Shown here piece by piece: positions 35,418 through 44,990 of a stretch of 64,000 nt of DNA (positions are counted from its first letter, which is position 1; the number at the start of each line of letters is the position of its first letter). Made by a program: the position numbers and the translations under genes. Under the pieces are notes generated by a model that saw only the letters and a program-made list of their open reading frames with translations, did not search any database and was not told the origin of the DNA. Source of the stretch: a virus. The stretch lies in the IMG/VR virus record IMGVR_UViG_3300042473_001368; one strand, given 5' to 3'.

Positions 35418-36450
35418 TCAGAGTAAAGTAGCAGTTATATCAGATCTGCATTTAGGTGTACACACAAATAGTCCAAGATGGCATGAAATATCTGTCGAAT
35501 GGGCTAATTGGCTTACAAAAGAATTAAAAGCAAAGGGTATAACTGATATTATTTTTTGCGGTGACTGGCATCACAATCGAAGTGAGATATCTGTCAATAC
35601 ACTGCAGGTATCTGCTGATATATTAGACATATTATCAGACTTTAGTATTGTTATACTGATTGGTAACCATGATATCTACTATAAACATAGGACAGACGTT
35701 CATTCTCTGTCTATTTTTAAGGGAAGAAGTAATATTACAGTTATAGACACTGTCAAAGTTGTAGAACAGTTCGGTCGCAAGCTGACTTTCTGTCCGTGGA
35801 ACACTTCTATATCTGATATACCTGAGTGCGATACAATTTTCGGTCATTTTGAGATCGAAAGCTTTAGTATGAACGGTTCTAAGGTGTGCGAAGACGGTTT
35901 AAAGATTAAAGATCTTATATCAAGAGCACCTTTAACTATATCAGGTCACTTTCATACACGTCACGAGAAAAAATATAAAAAGGGCACCATTTTATACTGC
36001 GGTAATCCATTCCAGATGGATTTTAGTGATGCTAATAATTCAAAAGGTTATTATGTACTTGATCTAAAGACAAATAATTATGAGTTTATTGAAAATACTA
36101 TTTCTCCTCGCTATGTTAAACTAACTCTTGGTGAAATAGCGTATAATAACTATACTGCTGATGATTTGAGGTCGCTTTTCAAGGGAAACTTTGTTAAAGT
36201 AAAAGTTGATAAGAGTATCACAGTAGATGACATGACGCTCTTAACACGTAAGCTATCATTATTGCAGCCTGAGCATCTTGCTACTGAGTATGATGTAATT
36301 ATGAGTGACGAGCCATCGTTTACTAATAAAGACTTATCAGGTATCAATATTGAAGAAGCTATCGAAGAGTTTATTAATATACTTGATGTAGAGAATAAAA
36401 AGGATATACTACAATATACAGTAGAGCTGTATAAACGTTGCTTAATATGA
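35407..36450 (+). CDS. gp47: Mre11-like recombination nuclease
   Basis: ISDLHLG, FCGDWHHNR, IGNHD, GHFE, SGHFH, YCGNP; start placed at ATG 35407. Confidence 0.93.
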   Translation: MKINQSKVAVISDLHLGVHTNSPRWHEISVEWANWLTKELKAKGITDIIFCGDWHHNRSEISVNTLQVSADILDILSDFSIVILIGNHDIYYKHRTDVHSLSIFKGRSNITVIDTVKVVEQFGRKLTFCPWNTSISDIPECDTIFGHFEIESFSMNGSKVCEDGLKIKDLISRAPLTISGHFHTRHEKKYKKGTILYCGNPFQMDFSDANNSKGYYVLDLKTNNYEFIENTISPRYVKLTLGEIAYNNYTADDLRSLFKGNFVKVKVDKSITVDDMTLLTRKLSLLQPEHLATEYDVIMSDEPSFTNKDLSGINIEEAIEEFINILDVENKKDILQYTVELYKRCLI

Positions 36451-38252
36451 AGAGAGTAATCTTTGAAAAAATAACCCTTCAGAACTTCTTGTCTGTAGGT
36501 GAAGAACCTGTCTCTATCGAGTTCAGATCTGGTATTAATATTATCACAGGTAATAACCTTGATAAGCCTGATAGACAGAATGGAATCGGTAAGAGTACTC
36601 TTGCGGATGGCATTAACTTTGCTATCTTCGGTGAAACTCTTCGCCCACTTCCTAAGAAAGATCTTATTGTTAATAATATCGTAGGTGGTACTGCAGCAGC
36701 ACAGTTGAGTTTTAAGGTCGAAACTACAACGGGTTCGAATACATACAAAATTGTAAGAACGCTTAACCCTAACAAGGTGCAGTTTTACGAGAATGATGTA
36801 GACATAACACGCGACAGTATAGGTAATACAACGAAGCATATATGTAGTGTATTAGGTGCTTCACCTTCACTCTTTCAGAACTGTGTTATCATGTCAGTCA
36901 ATAACGCAACTTCTTTCATGTCAAAAAATAAAGTCGAAAAACGAAAGTTTATCGAAGATATTTTTGGTATGGAAATCTTCAGTAAGATGACTGCTGTAAT
37001 TAGGCAGGAATACCTAGAGACAAAAAAAGAATTTGATATCGGTAGTGCAAGACTTGAGGAGCTGAGTAATACATATGATTCATATGTGCAGCAACAGTCT
37101 AAACTAGAAGAAAAAAAGAAAGAGAAGCGTGAATTGTATATTTCTCGTAAGACTACTAATGAAAATGAAATTGCGGAGATCGAAGGTCTTATATCTAATA
37201 TAAGCATTGTCGATGTATCTGCTGCTGATAGTACAATTGACAAGCTCAAGTTGCTTGATCAAAGGACAGAAGTAGAGATAACTACTAAAGTAGAATCTAT
37301 TGCTGATGTAAAGAGTGCCGTAGCTCACCTTAGAGAAAAGTGTAAAGAGATTGGTACAAAAGATTCAACATGCCCTGTGTGTCTACGACCTATCGAAGAA
37401 CACGATAAAGAGGTAATCGAAGCAGAAAAGCAATCTCTAAAACAGCAGATAATTGAGAAGGCAGATGAACTTAAAAGTAGTACAGATGAAGTACTAGAAT
37501 TAAGAAAGAAGAGAGACAAGATTAGAGGTGCAATTGAGAAAACGCAACAGCAAGTCATATCTAACAATCTTAACCAATACCGTATCTCTACTTTTAACGA
37601 TAGAATTTTTCAACTCAAAAAATGGTTAGAGGAGCTAGATGAAGATCTCAGTCACCTTGATGACAATAGCGACGAGTTTGCTTTGTTAATTGAATCATCT
37701 AAACAACAGAGAGATACTGTTGCTGAAAGTGTCGGTAAGCAAAGCAAAAAACTTTCTAAACTAGATGTTGTTAAGTTTATTGTAAGTGAAGAAGGTGTAA
37801 AGTCTTATATTGTTAATAAGCTTCTCGAACTGCTCAATAGTAAGCTTCATTTTTATCTTAAAAAGCTTGATTCAAACTCTCAGTGTATTTTTAACGAATA
37901 CTTCGAAGAGGAGATTGTAAACGAGCAAGGTAAAAACTGTTCATACTTTAACTTTTCGGGTGCTGAGAGAAAGGCTATTGACTTGGCGTGTTTGTTTGCA
38001 TTCTCAGATATCAGACGTCTTCAAGGCGGAGTGAGTTACAACATTGCGATATACGACGAACTGTTTGATTCATCTTTCGATAGTAAAGGTATCGAGATTG
38101 TAACAGACATTCTTCAAGAAAGAGCTGATGAGCTTAGTGAGTGTATCTATGTTATTTCGCATAGAAAAGAATCGCTTAAAGCTGTAACAGGTGATATTAT
38201 CTTTCTCGAGAAATCAGGAGGTATTACGCGCAGAGTAAATTACACAGAGTAG
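36447..38252 (+). CDS. gp46: Rad50-like recombination ATPase
   Basis: QNFLSVG, NGIGKST, CPVC zinc hook, FSGAE signature, IYDELFD, SHR; ATGA overlap with gp47. Confidence 0.95.
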   Translation: MKRVIFEKITLQNFLSVGEEPVSIEFRSGINIITGNNLDKPDRQNGIGKSTLADGINFAIFGETLRPLPKKDLIVNNIVGGTAAAQLSFKVETTTGSNTYKIVRTLNPNKVQFYENDVDITRDSIGNTTKHICSVLGASPSLFQNCVIMSVNNATSFMSKNKVEKRKFIEDIFGMEIFSKMTAVIRQEYLETKKEFDIGSARLEELSNTYDSYVQQQSKLEEKKKEKRELYISRKTTNENEIAEIEGLISNISIVDVSAADSTIDKLKLLDQRTEVEITTKVESIADVKSAVAHLREKCKEIGTKDSTCPVCLRPIEEHDKEVIEAEKQSLKQQIIEKADELKSSTDEVLELRKKRDKIRGAIEKTQQQVISNNLNQYRISTFNDRIFQLKKWLEELDEDLSHLDDNSDEFALLIESSKQQRDTVAESVGKQSKKLSKLDVVKFIVSEEGVKSYIVNKLLELLNSKLHFYLKKLDSNSQCIFNEYFEEEIVNEQGKNCSYFNFSGAERKAIDLACLFAFSDIRRLQGGVSYNIAIYDELFDSSFDSKGIEIVTDILQERADELSECIYVISHRKESLKAVTGDIIFLEKSGGITRRVNYTE

Positions 38253-38285
38253 TGGATAACGGAGGAAGGATGATTACATATTATT

Positions 38286-39497
38286 ATGTATATTCCTACA
38301 CTGTTTTCTCAGCCTATTGTTAGTCCACAAGGCGCTTTTCTCCAACAAGCAGTTCAACAACAACCAGCAAAGCCTGTACAACAAGAAGCAGGCCTACCTC
38401 GGTTTTTGAACTACGCAGGCGACTATTCAGGCTGTGGAGCATATCGTCTCCTATGGCCTGAATATCTCATTAACATGATAGGTGCAGGTATGTCAAGTAC
38501 TATTACATCGATGATTGTAGATCCAAGATGGTACAGTGGTGTAAGTGCTGTAAAGTTTCAACGCCAAGCATCTCCTGAACAGAAAGAGTTCATGAAGTAT
38601 GTAAGACAGATTAGTAAAGAGCATAACTTCAAAATGATCTATGAGGTTGATGATGTTGTCTTTAGGGAAGATATACCTGACTACAATCGCTTTAAGTTTG
38701 CGTTCGATAGTGACGAGATCAGAAATAACTGTATTGATATGATCAATATATGTGACGAGGTAACTCTAACATGTGATTATATTCGCAATCTCTATAAAGA
38801 GAAAACAGGTAAGAAGGAAATAACAGTTATACCAAACTTTGTTCCGTATTTCTGGATGGGTCATTTATACAATCCAAACAAGGTAAAGGATCAGTATCTA
38901 AAAAATAAACGTAAGCCTCGCGTCCTCTACACAGGGTCAGGCGCGCACTATGATGTAGATAATAAGAATGGTGGTATAGACGACTTCTCTCATGTTATTG
39001 ATATGGTGAGAAGAACTGTTGATAAGTATCAGTGGATATTTGTTGGCTCTTATCCTCCAAAGCTTGCTGATCTTGTATTGAGAGGTAAAGTAGAATACCA
39101 TCCATGGAAATCGCTTCAAGAGTATCCATCATTTATTAACGATCTAAATGCTCAAGCTATGATCGCTCCACTCTTTGATAATAGCTTTAACAGATCAAAA
39201 TCTGATATCAAATATATCGAAGCGTGTACACTTGGATTGCCGTGTCTGTTGCAAGATATGGAAACATATAAAGATGCTCCAGAGTTTCTTAAGTTCAAAA
39301 CTGGCGACGATCTTGAAGCAAAACTTGATAGTGTTCTTGGAGACCGAAAGGCATACAACAACAATATTGCTATGCTTCGCGAGATTGGAGAGTCGCGCTT
39401 TCTTGAGCGACCAGAAAATATCGGATGTCATATTGAAGCGTTAACTACACCATATGGTTCGTCGGACCGTAAATATCTTAAAAAGTGGAATCCATAA
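38286..39497 (+). CDS. GT-B fold glycosyltransferase-like protein
   Basis: SGCGAYRL, YEVDD, VIPN, LYTGSGAH, APL...FNRSKSDIKYIEAC.LGLP. Confidence 0.75.
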   Translation: MYIPTLFSQPIVSPQGAFLQQAVQQQPAKPVQQEAGLPRFLNYAGDYSGCGAYRLLWPEYLINMIGAGMSSTITSMIVDPRWYSGVSAVKFQRQASPEQKEFMKYVRQISKEHNFKMIYEVDDVVFREDIPDYNRFKFAFDSDEIRNNCIDMINICDEVTLTCDYIRNLYKEKTGKKEITVIPNFVPYFWMGHLYNPNKVKDQYLKNKRKPRVLYTGSGAHYDVDNKNGGIDDFSHVIDMVRRTVDKYQWIFVGSYPPKLADLVLRGKVEYHPWKSLQEYPSFINDLNAQAMIAPLFDNSFNRSKSDIKYIEACTLGLPCLLQDMETYKDAPEFLKFKTGDDLEAKLDSVLGDRKAYNNNIAMLREIGESRFLERPENIGCHIEALTTPYGSSDRKYLKKWNP

Positions 39498-39513
39498 CGA
39501 ACGCCCGTATACT
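39486..39513 (+). promoter_or_regulatory. Early promoter TGGAAT-N16-TATACT, 7 nt before the gp43 ATG
   Basis: Read directly; same spacing as other early promoters. Confidence 0.6.
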
Positions 39514-39520
39514 TGGGTGA

Positions 39521-42118
39521 ATGTATAGGAATGCAGTATATGATAGCCGATCTAAGGCTATAAAACTTTTTACATGGGACGAAGATGGTAACAGAGTAAG
39601 TTACGATACATCTTTTAGTCCCTATCTTTATGTTGAGGATACAAAGGGCGAGAAGAAGTCTATCTATCAAACAAGAGTTACTAAGAAAGTGTTTAACACT
39701 TCTTATGATAGGAACAAGTTCGTAAATACATCTGGTATTCGTAAATTATACGAGAATATCTCTACAGTGCAGCAGTACTTGTTAGATACTTTTTGGAAGG
39801 TTAATGAAACACCAGAATTTACGAAGAATGATCTCAAGGTAGTATTTCTCGATATTGAGACGTACAGTCCGTCTAGTGAAGGTTTTCCGGATACTAATAA
39901 CCCATCCCACCCTATCAATGTTATTACATGTTATGATACCTTGAGTAAGACATATTTTACCTTCGGTACTGGCGCATTTAAGACTGATAGAAAGGATATT
40001 ATTTACACTCATTGTAAGAGTGAAAGAGAACTGTTCACTAAGTTTGTAGAATATCTTGAAGATGATTATCCTGATGTGTTGTCGGGTTGGTCATCAGAGT
40101 TTTTCGACATACCATATATTGTCAATCGATGTGAGCGTGTGATGGGTGAAGACTTTGTAAAACGTCTTTCACCGACTGGTAGAGTTTACTTTAGAGAGAT
40201 TATTGGTAAGTATGGCAAGCAACAAAAACGATACTACATCGAAGGTATTTCGTGTATTGACTACATGGATATCTATAGACGTTTTTGTCTTAAGCTGCGA
40301 GAGTCATATAAGCTTAATGCAATCGGTGAGCTAGAACTTGGAATGAACAAGATTGATTATGGTGATATTGACCTTGCAACTCTTGCAGATACTGATTGGA
40401 ATAAGTTCATTGAGTACAACATTATGGACGTTAACATTATTGTTGAGCTTGAGGAAAAGCTGCAATATGTAAGCTTGTTGAAGATGTTAGCGTATGTAGG
40501 TTTAACTACTTTAGAAGGTGCTATGGGTACTCTATCAGTTATTACTGGTGCGTTAACTATTCGAGCACGTAATAGAGGAGAGATTATATCTACCTTCATA
40601 CGTAAACAAGACGGTGGTAAGAATCCTGGCGCGTATGTATCAGAACCAAAGAGAGGATTTCAATCGAATGTTGTTTCGTTTGATGCCAACTCGCTATATC
40701 CGAATGTGATGATCTCGCTCAATCTTTCACCTGAAACAAAGATTGGAAGAGTAGAAAAAGTGGATGCTAACAATGTAAACATTTATCATGTATCAGGAAA
40801 GACGCTGAAGCTTACGAATGAAAAGTTTGCACAGTTTATCAAGCATGAAGAGTGTGCATTATCAAAAGCAGGGTTCTTATTTACCCAAAAGCGTAAAGGT
40901 ATTATTCCTGAGTTTCTTGATTACTATTATGATCAGAGAAAGATTGTAAAGAAGAAGCTTGGCGAGTTGAAGCAGAATCAATATGAGCTTAAGCAGAAGC
41001 AAAAAGAAGGTGATAGCGAATCGATAAGAAATCAGCTAGCTCAAGCTAGTGTTGATATCGCTCGAGCAAATACACTGCAAATGGTGCAGAAAGTTTTGTT
41101 GAACTCGTGTTATGGATTCATGGGCAATAAGCAAGCTTCTATTGGTGATGATGATATTGCATCTTCTGTAACTCTTACAGGTCAGGCAGTAATTAAGCAA
41201 GCAGGTAAACTCTTGCAACAATATCTATCTGATAACTTTGGCGTAACAGACCCTGAAATGTTGGATAGCTCATGGATTTATTCTGATACAGATAGTTGCT
41301 ACTTCTCTTTGAAGTGTATTGAAGATCAGGTGAAGCTAAAAGATGGCAATAATGTGTCAGATCACTTTTACGAGACTGTTCAAAATATTGAAGACTTCTT
41401 GAATGGTAATATTAACAAGTGGGCTGTGGCAGCTCTCCGATCTAAGGATCCTCGATTTGTCTTTAAGCGTGAAACAATAGCAGATACTGCACTTATGCTG
41501 CAGAAGAAACGCTATGTAATTCATGTTCTTGATGAAGAAGGTATCAAAGCTGAGAAGTTCAAGTATACAGGTGTCGAGGTAGTTCGTACCTCTATGCCTA
41601 ATGCTGTTAAACCCTACGCTAAGAACATTATCGAGACGATGTTAACAACACGTTCACTTTTGGAAACAAATAGGGCTCTGAAAGAGACATACGATATCTT
41701 CAAGACTCTTCCTGAAGAGGCAATTGCTTCAGTCATGGGTATTAAGGGATATGAAAAGTATAGCGCGATGTGTAAGGACTTATCGGTAGGTAAGGGTACA
41801 CCTATCCATGTCAAAGCTGCATATTTGCATAATACTATTACACGTAAACTTGGAATTGAAAACAAATATGAAGATATCAACTCTGGTGATAAGGTGAGGT
41901 ATTTGTATGTCGAGCAGCCAAACATGTATAAGGTGGATGTGATAGGGTTTAAGTATCAATACCCTGCAGAGTTTGCTGAACTGTTTAAGATTGACTATGA
42001 GAAGATGTTTGAGAAGATTCTCTTTAACTCTATCGAAAGATTTTACGAGTGTGTCGATTGGCAGATTCGTAAACCTAGTATGAGTGTAAGAACTGAACTT
42101 GCAGATCTCTTTAGTTGA
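39521..42118 (+). CDS. gp43: Family B DNA polymerase
   Basis: Exo I DIET; motif A FDANSLYP; motif B KVLLNSCYG; motif C YSDTDS; KKRY; uninterrupted. Confidence 0.98.
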   Translation: MYRNAVYDSRSKAIKLFTWDEDGNRVSYDTSFSPYLYVEDTKGEKKSIYQTRVTKKVFNTSYDRNKFVNTSGIRKLYENISTVQQYLLDTFWKVNETPEFTKNDLKVVFLDIETYSPSSEGFPDTNNPSHPINVITCYDTLSKTYFTFGTGAFKTDRKDIIYTHCKSERELFTKFVEYLEDDYPDVLSGWSSEFFDIPYIVNRCERVMGEDFVKRLSPTGRVYFREIIGKYGKQQKRYYIEGISCIDYMDIYRRFCLKLRESYKLNAIGELELGMNKIDYGDIDLATLADTDWNKFIEYNIMDVNIIVELEEKLQYVSLLKMLAYVGLTTLEGAMGTLSVITGALTIRARNRGEIISTFIRKQDGGKNPGAYVSEPKRGFQSNVVSFDANSLYPNVMISLNLSPETKIGRVEKVDANNVNIYHVSGKTLKLTNEKFAQFIKHEECALSKAGFLFTQKRKGIIPEFLDYYYDQRKIVKKKLGELKQNQYELKQKQKEGDSESIRNQLAQASVDIARANTLQMVQKVLLNSCYGFMGNKQASIGDDDIASSVTLTGQAVIKQAGKLLQQYLSDNFGVTDPEMLDSSWIYSDTDSCYFSLKCIEDQVKLKDGNNVSDHFYETVQNIEDFLNGNINKWAVAALRSKDPRFVFKRETIADTALMLQKKRYVIHVLDEEGIKAEKFKYTGVEVVRTSMPNAVKPYAKNIIETMLTTRSLLETNRALKETYDIFKTLPEEAIASVMGIKGYEKYSAMCKDLSVGKGTPIHVKAAYLHNTITRKLGIENKYEDINSGDKVRYLYVEQPNMYKVDVIGFKYQYPAEFAELFKIDYEKMFEKILFNSIERFYECVDWQIRKPSMSVRTELADLFS

Positions 42119-42147
42119 TTTAATCGTGATAGGTAGTAAGTATTGGT

Positions 42148-42411
42148 ATGGAATATTTAGATAACCCAGTTTTTGACGAGACACCGAGAGCTCATCCAGC
42201 ATTTTGGAGAGGCAAATCTACAGGTATTAACGCGGTTCTTAAAATCGTAGCAGATGTTATGAACGGTGTTGATGATGGTTCGGGAACCAATAACCACGAG
42301 CAAATTGAAAGAATGAGAAGAGCTCTTTTCTCTTGGAAAGAGCGTGTTGATATTTCTTTTAAGGAAACAAAAGGCGGAAAAACTGGTTCTAAAGTTGAAA
42401 AAGAAGATTAA
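42148..42411 (+). CDS. Hypothetical protein
   Basis: 87 aa; TTGATT-N16-TAAGTA (42115-42142) 5 nt upstream. Confidence 0.65.
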   Translation: MEYLDNPVFDETPRAHPAFWRGKSTGINAVLKIVADVMNGVDDGSGTNNHEQIERMRRALFSWKERVDISFKETKGGKTGSKVEKED

Positions 42412-42431
42412 TAGTTTATCATTGATTTGTA

Positions 42432-42770
42432 ATGAGTGAGAAAATTAAAGTAATTATTGATCATATTGGTCGTACAGTTGTAGGTAAGCAAGTCGATGAG
42501 ACTGATACTACCCTAACACTTCGTAACCCTATCATCCTCCATGTTCAACCTAATCAGAGTCAACTGCAGGTACAATCCTTTCCATATATCTTTATGGAAT
42601 TGCTTAGCCCAGACTTTAAGACTTCTAATGACTGGACGTTTCAACGAGGTTCAATCGTAGAGTCTTCTGTTCAACTAGCTGAAGGTATTATCAAGCAGTA
42701 TGAGGCATTTAATTCGCCTCAACCAGTACAAGAGAGTGATGCTCCTGTGATTAAACTATTTGAAGATTGA
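42432..42770 (+). CDS. Hypothetical protein, possibly Sm-like fold
   Basis: IGRTVVGK...LTLRNPIIL beta pattern; followed by a terminator. Confidence 0.55.
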   Translation: MSEKIKVIIDHIGRTVVGKQVDETDTTLTLRNPIILHVQPNQSQLQVQSFPYIFMELLSPDFKTSNDWTFQRGSIVESSVQLAEGIIKQYEAFNSPQPVQESDAPVIKLFED

Positions 42771-42793
42771 TAACTCACATCAATCTATAACCC

Positions 42794-42827
42794 AAAATCC
42801 TGCTAGTTTCTGCTAGCAGGATTTTTT
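42794..42827 (+). terminator. Rho-independent terminator (possibly bidirectional)
   Basis: AAAATCCTGCTAG-TTTCTG-CTAGCAGGATTTT then TT. Confidence 0.9.
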
Positions 42828-42828
42828 G

Positions 42829-42836
42829 TATAAATA
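42829..42836 (+). promoter_or_regulatory. T4 late promoter TATAAATA
   Basis: Exact consensus 5 nt upstream of ATG 42842. Confidence 0.85.
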
Positions 42837-42841
42837 TCTAT

Positions 42842-43054
42842 ATGGACTTCGACGAAGCTGTACAAGAGATATTGAAAGAGAATTATGCAGATGGTAAAAA
42901 ACCAGGTCGTAAAGGTCTCGCAAAACGTAAAGGCGTTAACTGTAAGAAAAGTGTTACAGAGCTGAGACGTGTAGCTAAAAATAGTAGCGGAGAAAAGCAA
43001 CGAATGGCTCACTGGTGTGCTAACATGAAGAGCGGTCGTAAAAAGAAGAAATAA
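42842..43054 (+). CDS. Small basic late protein
   Basis: ILKENYADGKKPGRKG...C...AHWCANMKSGR. Confidence 0.75.
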   Translation: MDFDEAVQEILKENYADGKKPGRKGLAKRKGVNCKKSVTELRRVAKNSSGEKQRMAHWCANMKSGRKKKK

Positions 43055-43057
43055 CAC

Positions 43058-43085
43058 TAGATTCCTCCATGTAGTATAATATAAT
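43058..43085 (+). promoter_or_regulatory. Early promoter TAGATT-N16-TATAAT, 7 nt before the uvsX ATG
   Basis: Read directly. Confidence 0.75.
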
Positions 43086-43092
43086 CTACTAT

Positions 43093-44229
43093 ATGGCTAA
43101 AAGCGCAATTGAAAAAGAAGTAGAGTCAGCTTTGGACCTACTAGATGAAGCGAATCCTTATGCTACATGGCTTAATGAAAGCACACTGAGTAGAGTTGAT
43201 GATTGGATTGATACAGGTTCGTATGCATTAAATGCAATTATTTCTGGTTCGTGCTTTAAAGGTATACCAGCAGGACGTGTAACTGTACTAGCAGGTGAAT
43301 CACAAACCTTTAAGACAGGATTCTTAATGAGAATTCTTGCTAATGCACAACGGATGGGTAAACACATTGTTATCTTTGATAGTGAGAATGCTATTGACCC
43401 TGAGAGTGCAGAAGCTGCTGGTCTTGATGTATCTAAAGTAAAGTATGTACCGTGTAAGACTATTGAACAGACACGTAACTCGGTCTTTAATTTCTTAAAT
43501 CGAGTAGAAGAAAAGAAACTTGAAGGGCAGTTTGTTATTGCTGTTGACTCGCTTAGTAATTTACAGTCTGAAATGGACTTTAAACGAATGGATAAAGACA
43601 ATACTAGTCAAGATACTGGTACAAAAGCAAGAGCGATGAAGACGCTTATGCAGACATTAACAAATATGGGTGGCTTAACACGTACTACTGTTATTTGTAC
43701 TTCGCATGTTTATGACAATCCAATGGAGTTATTTCCATCGCTTGAGAAAAATATGCCAGGTGGTAAGTCAGTAATTTATCTACCATCTGTCACTGTTCAG
43801 ATTGCTCGTAAGCCAATGAAGGATGATGGCGGTAAGACAATTGATAAAACTATTGCTGTTGGTCAAAAGAGTTATAGTGGTATTTTGCTACGAGCTCTTA
43901 CTCGTAAGAATCGTTTCATTAAACAGTATCTTGAAGTTGAGATGTATCTTTCTTTCGCGAATGGTCTCAACAAATACTATGGATTGCTTGACTTGTTAGT
44001 TGGTTTTGGTATTGTTGTTCAGACAGGATCTACATATCAACTACCTGATGGCACAAAGCTTGGTTACTATAAGAACTTCAGAAAGAATACCGAACTTTGG
44101 GAAAATACATTTATACCAGAACTAGAAAAGAAGATCGCTATTGAGTGGAAGTATTCTTCGTCATCATCACAAGAGGAAGAAGATGAACTTGATGAGGTTC
44201 TGGAAGATATTGAAGATACAGAAGTATGA
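43093..44229 (+). CDS. uvsX: RecA-like recombinase
   Basis: IDTGSYALN, LAGESQTFKT, FDSENA, AVDSL, GGKSVIY. Confidence 0.93.
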   Translation: MAKSAIEKEVESALDLLDEANPYATWLNESTLSRVDDWIDTGSYALNAIISGSCFKGIPAGRVTVLAGESQTFKTGFLMRILANAQRMGKHIVIFDSENAIDPESAEAAGLDVSKVKYVPCKTIEQTRNSVFNFLNRVEEKKLEGQFVIAVDSLSNLQSEMDFKRMDKDNTSQDTGTKARAMKTLMQTLTNMGGLTRTTVICTSHVYDNPMELFPSLEKNMPGGKSVIYLPSVTVQIARKPMKDDGGKTIDKTIAVGQKSYSGILLRALTRKNRFIKQYLEVEMYLSFANGLNKYYGLLDLLVGFGIVVQTGSTYQLPDGTKLGYYKNFRKNTELWENTFIPELEKKIAIEWKYSSSSSQEEEDELDEVLEDIEDTEV

Positions 44230-44990
44230 AATCTAGAAAATTAATTTTATTATTAAGTGGAGGCATGGATTCGTCCGTGCTTCTGTTTATGGCTGGTAGA
44301 CAGGACTTTGCTGAAGTTCATACACTAACTCTCGATTATGGTCAACGCCATAATCGAGAGATTGAGTGTGTTAGTAAGCAGCTTAACGATGCTAAGTTGA
44401 AATACCCTAACACGATTTTTACAAATAAAGTGTTAGATGTAAAATACCTAAAAGATATTTCACCTACATCATCTTTAACTAATCTTGAGATTGATAACCC
44501 AGATATTAGTAAGATTGCAGGTGATGCTCAACCAGCTTCATATGTACCATTTAGAAATCAAATGTTTCTATCTATCTGTTGTGCGTATGCAGAAAGTATG
44601 CAAGCAGATACGATTTGGTATGGTGCAGCTCAAGTAGATTCACTTGCTGGTTACTGGGATACTACAGATTATTTCATTAGCTCGTTTAACAAGCTAATTT
44701 CGCAGAATAGAAAGCATCAAATTACAATCGAAGCTCCTTTACTTGAAATGAGTAAAGCTGATATTGTTAATGAAGGTATTGAATGTAATATCAACTTTGC
44801 TGATACATGGACATGCTATAGTAATAGAGAAGACGGATTGGCAGATGCTACCACTCCGTCTTCTAGTCTAAGGATTCGAGGCTTTATTGAAGCAGGTTAT
44901 CGAGATCCTATACAGTATGTTCAGCAAGATTCGTTAGACGAACTGTACCAAGCTAATAACTGTAGGGAATTACATCCCATAGTTTCTTAG
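44226..44990 (+). CDS. queC: 7-cyano-7-deazaguanine synthase, lacking three of four Zn-binding Cys
   Basis: LSGGMDS, DYGQRH, YVPFRN, IEAPLLEMSKADIV, TWTCY followed by DATTPSS in place of CGxCxSC. Confidence 0.88.
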   Translation: MKSRKLILLLSGGMDSSVLLFMAGRQDFAEVHTLTLDYGQRHNREIECVSKQLNDAKLKYPNTIFTNKVLDVKYLKDISPTSSLTNLEIDNPDISKIAGDAQPASYVPFRNQMFLSICCAYAESMQADTIWYGAAQVDSLAGYWDTTDYFISSFNKLISQNRKHQITIEAPLLEMSKADIVNEGIECNINFADTWTCYSNREDGLADATTPSSSLRIRGFIEAGYRDPIQYVQQDSLDELYQANNCRELHPIVS

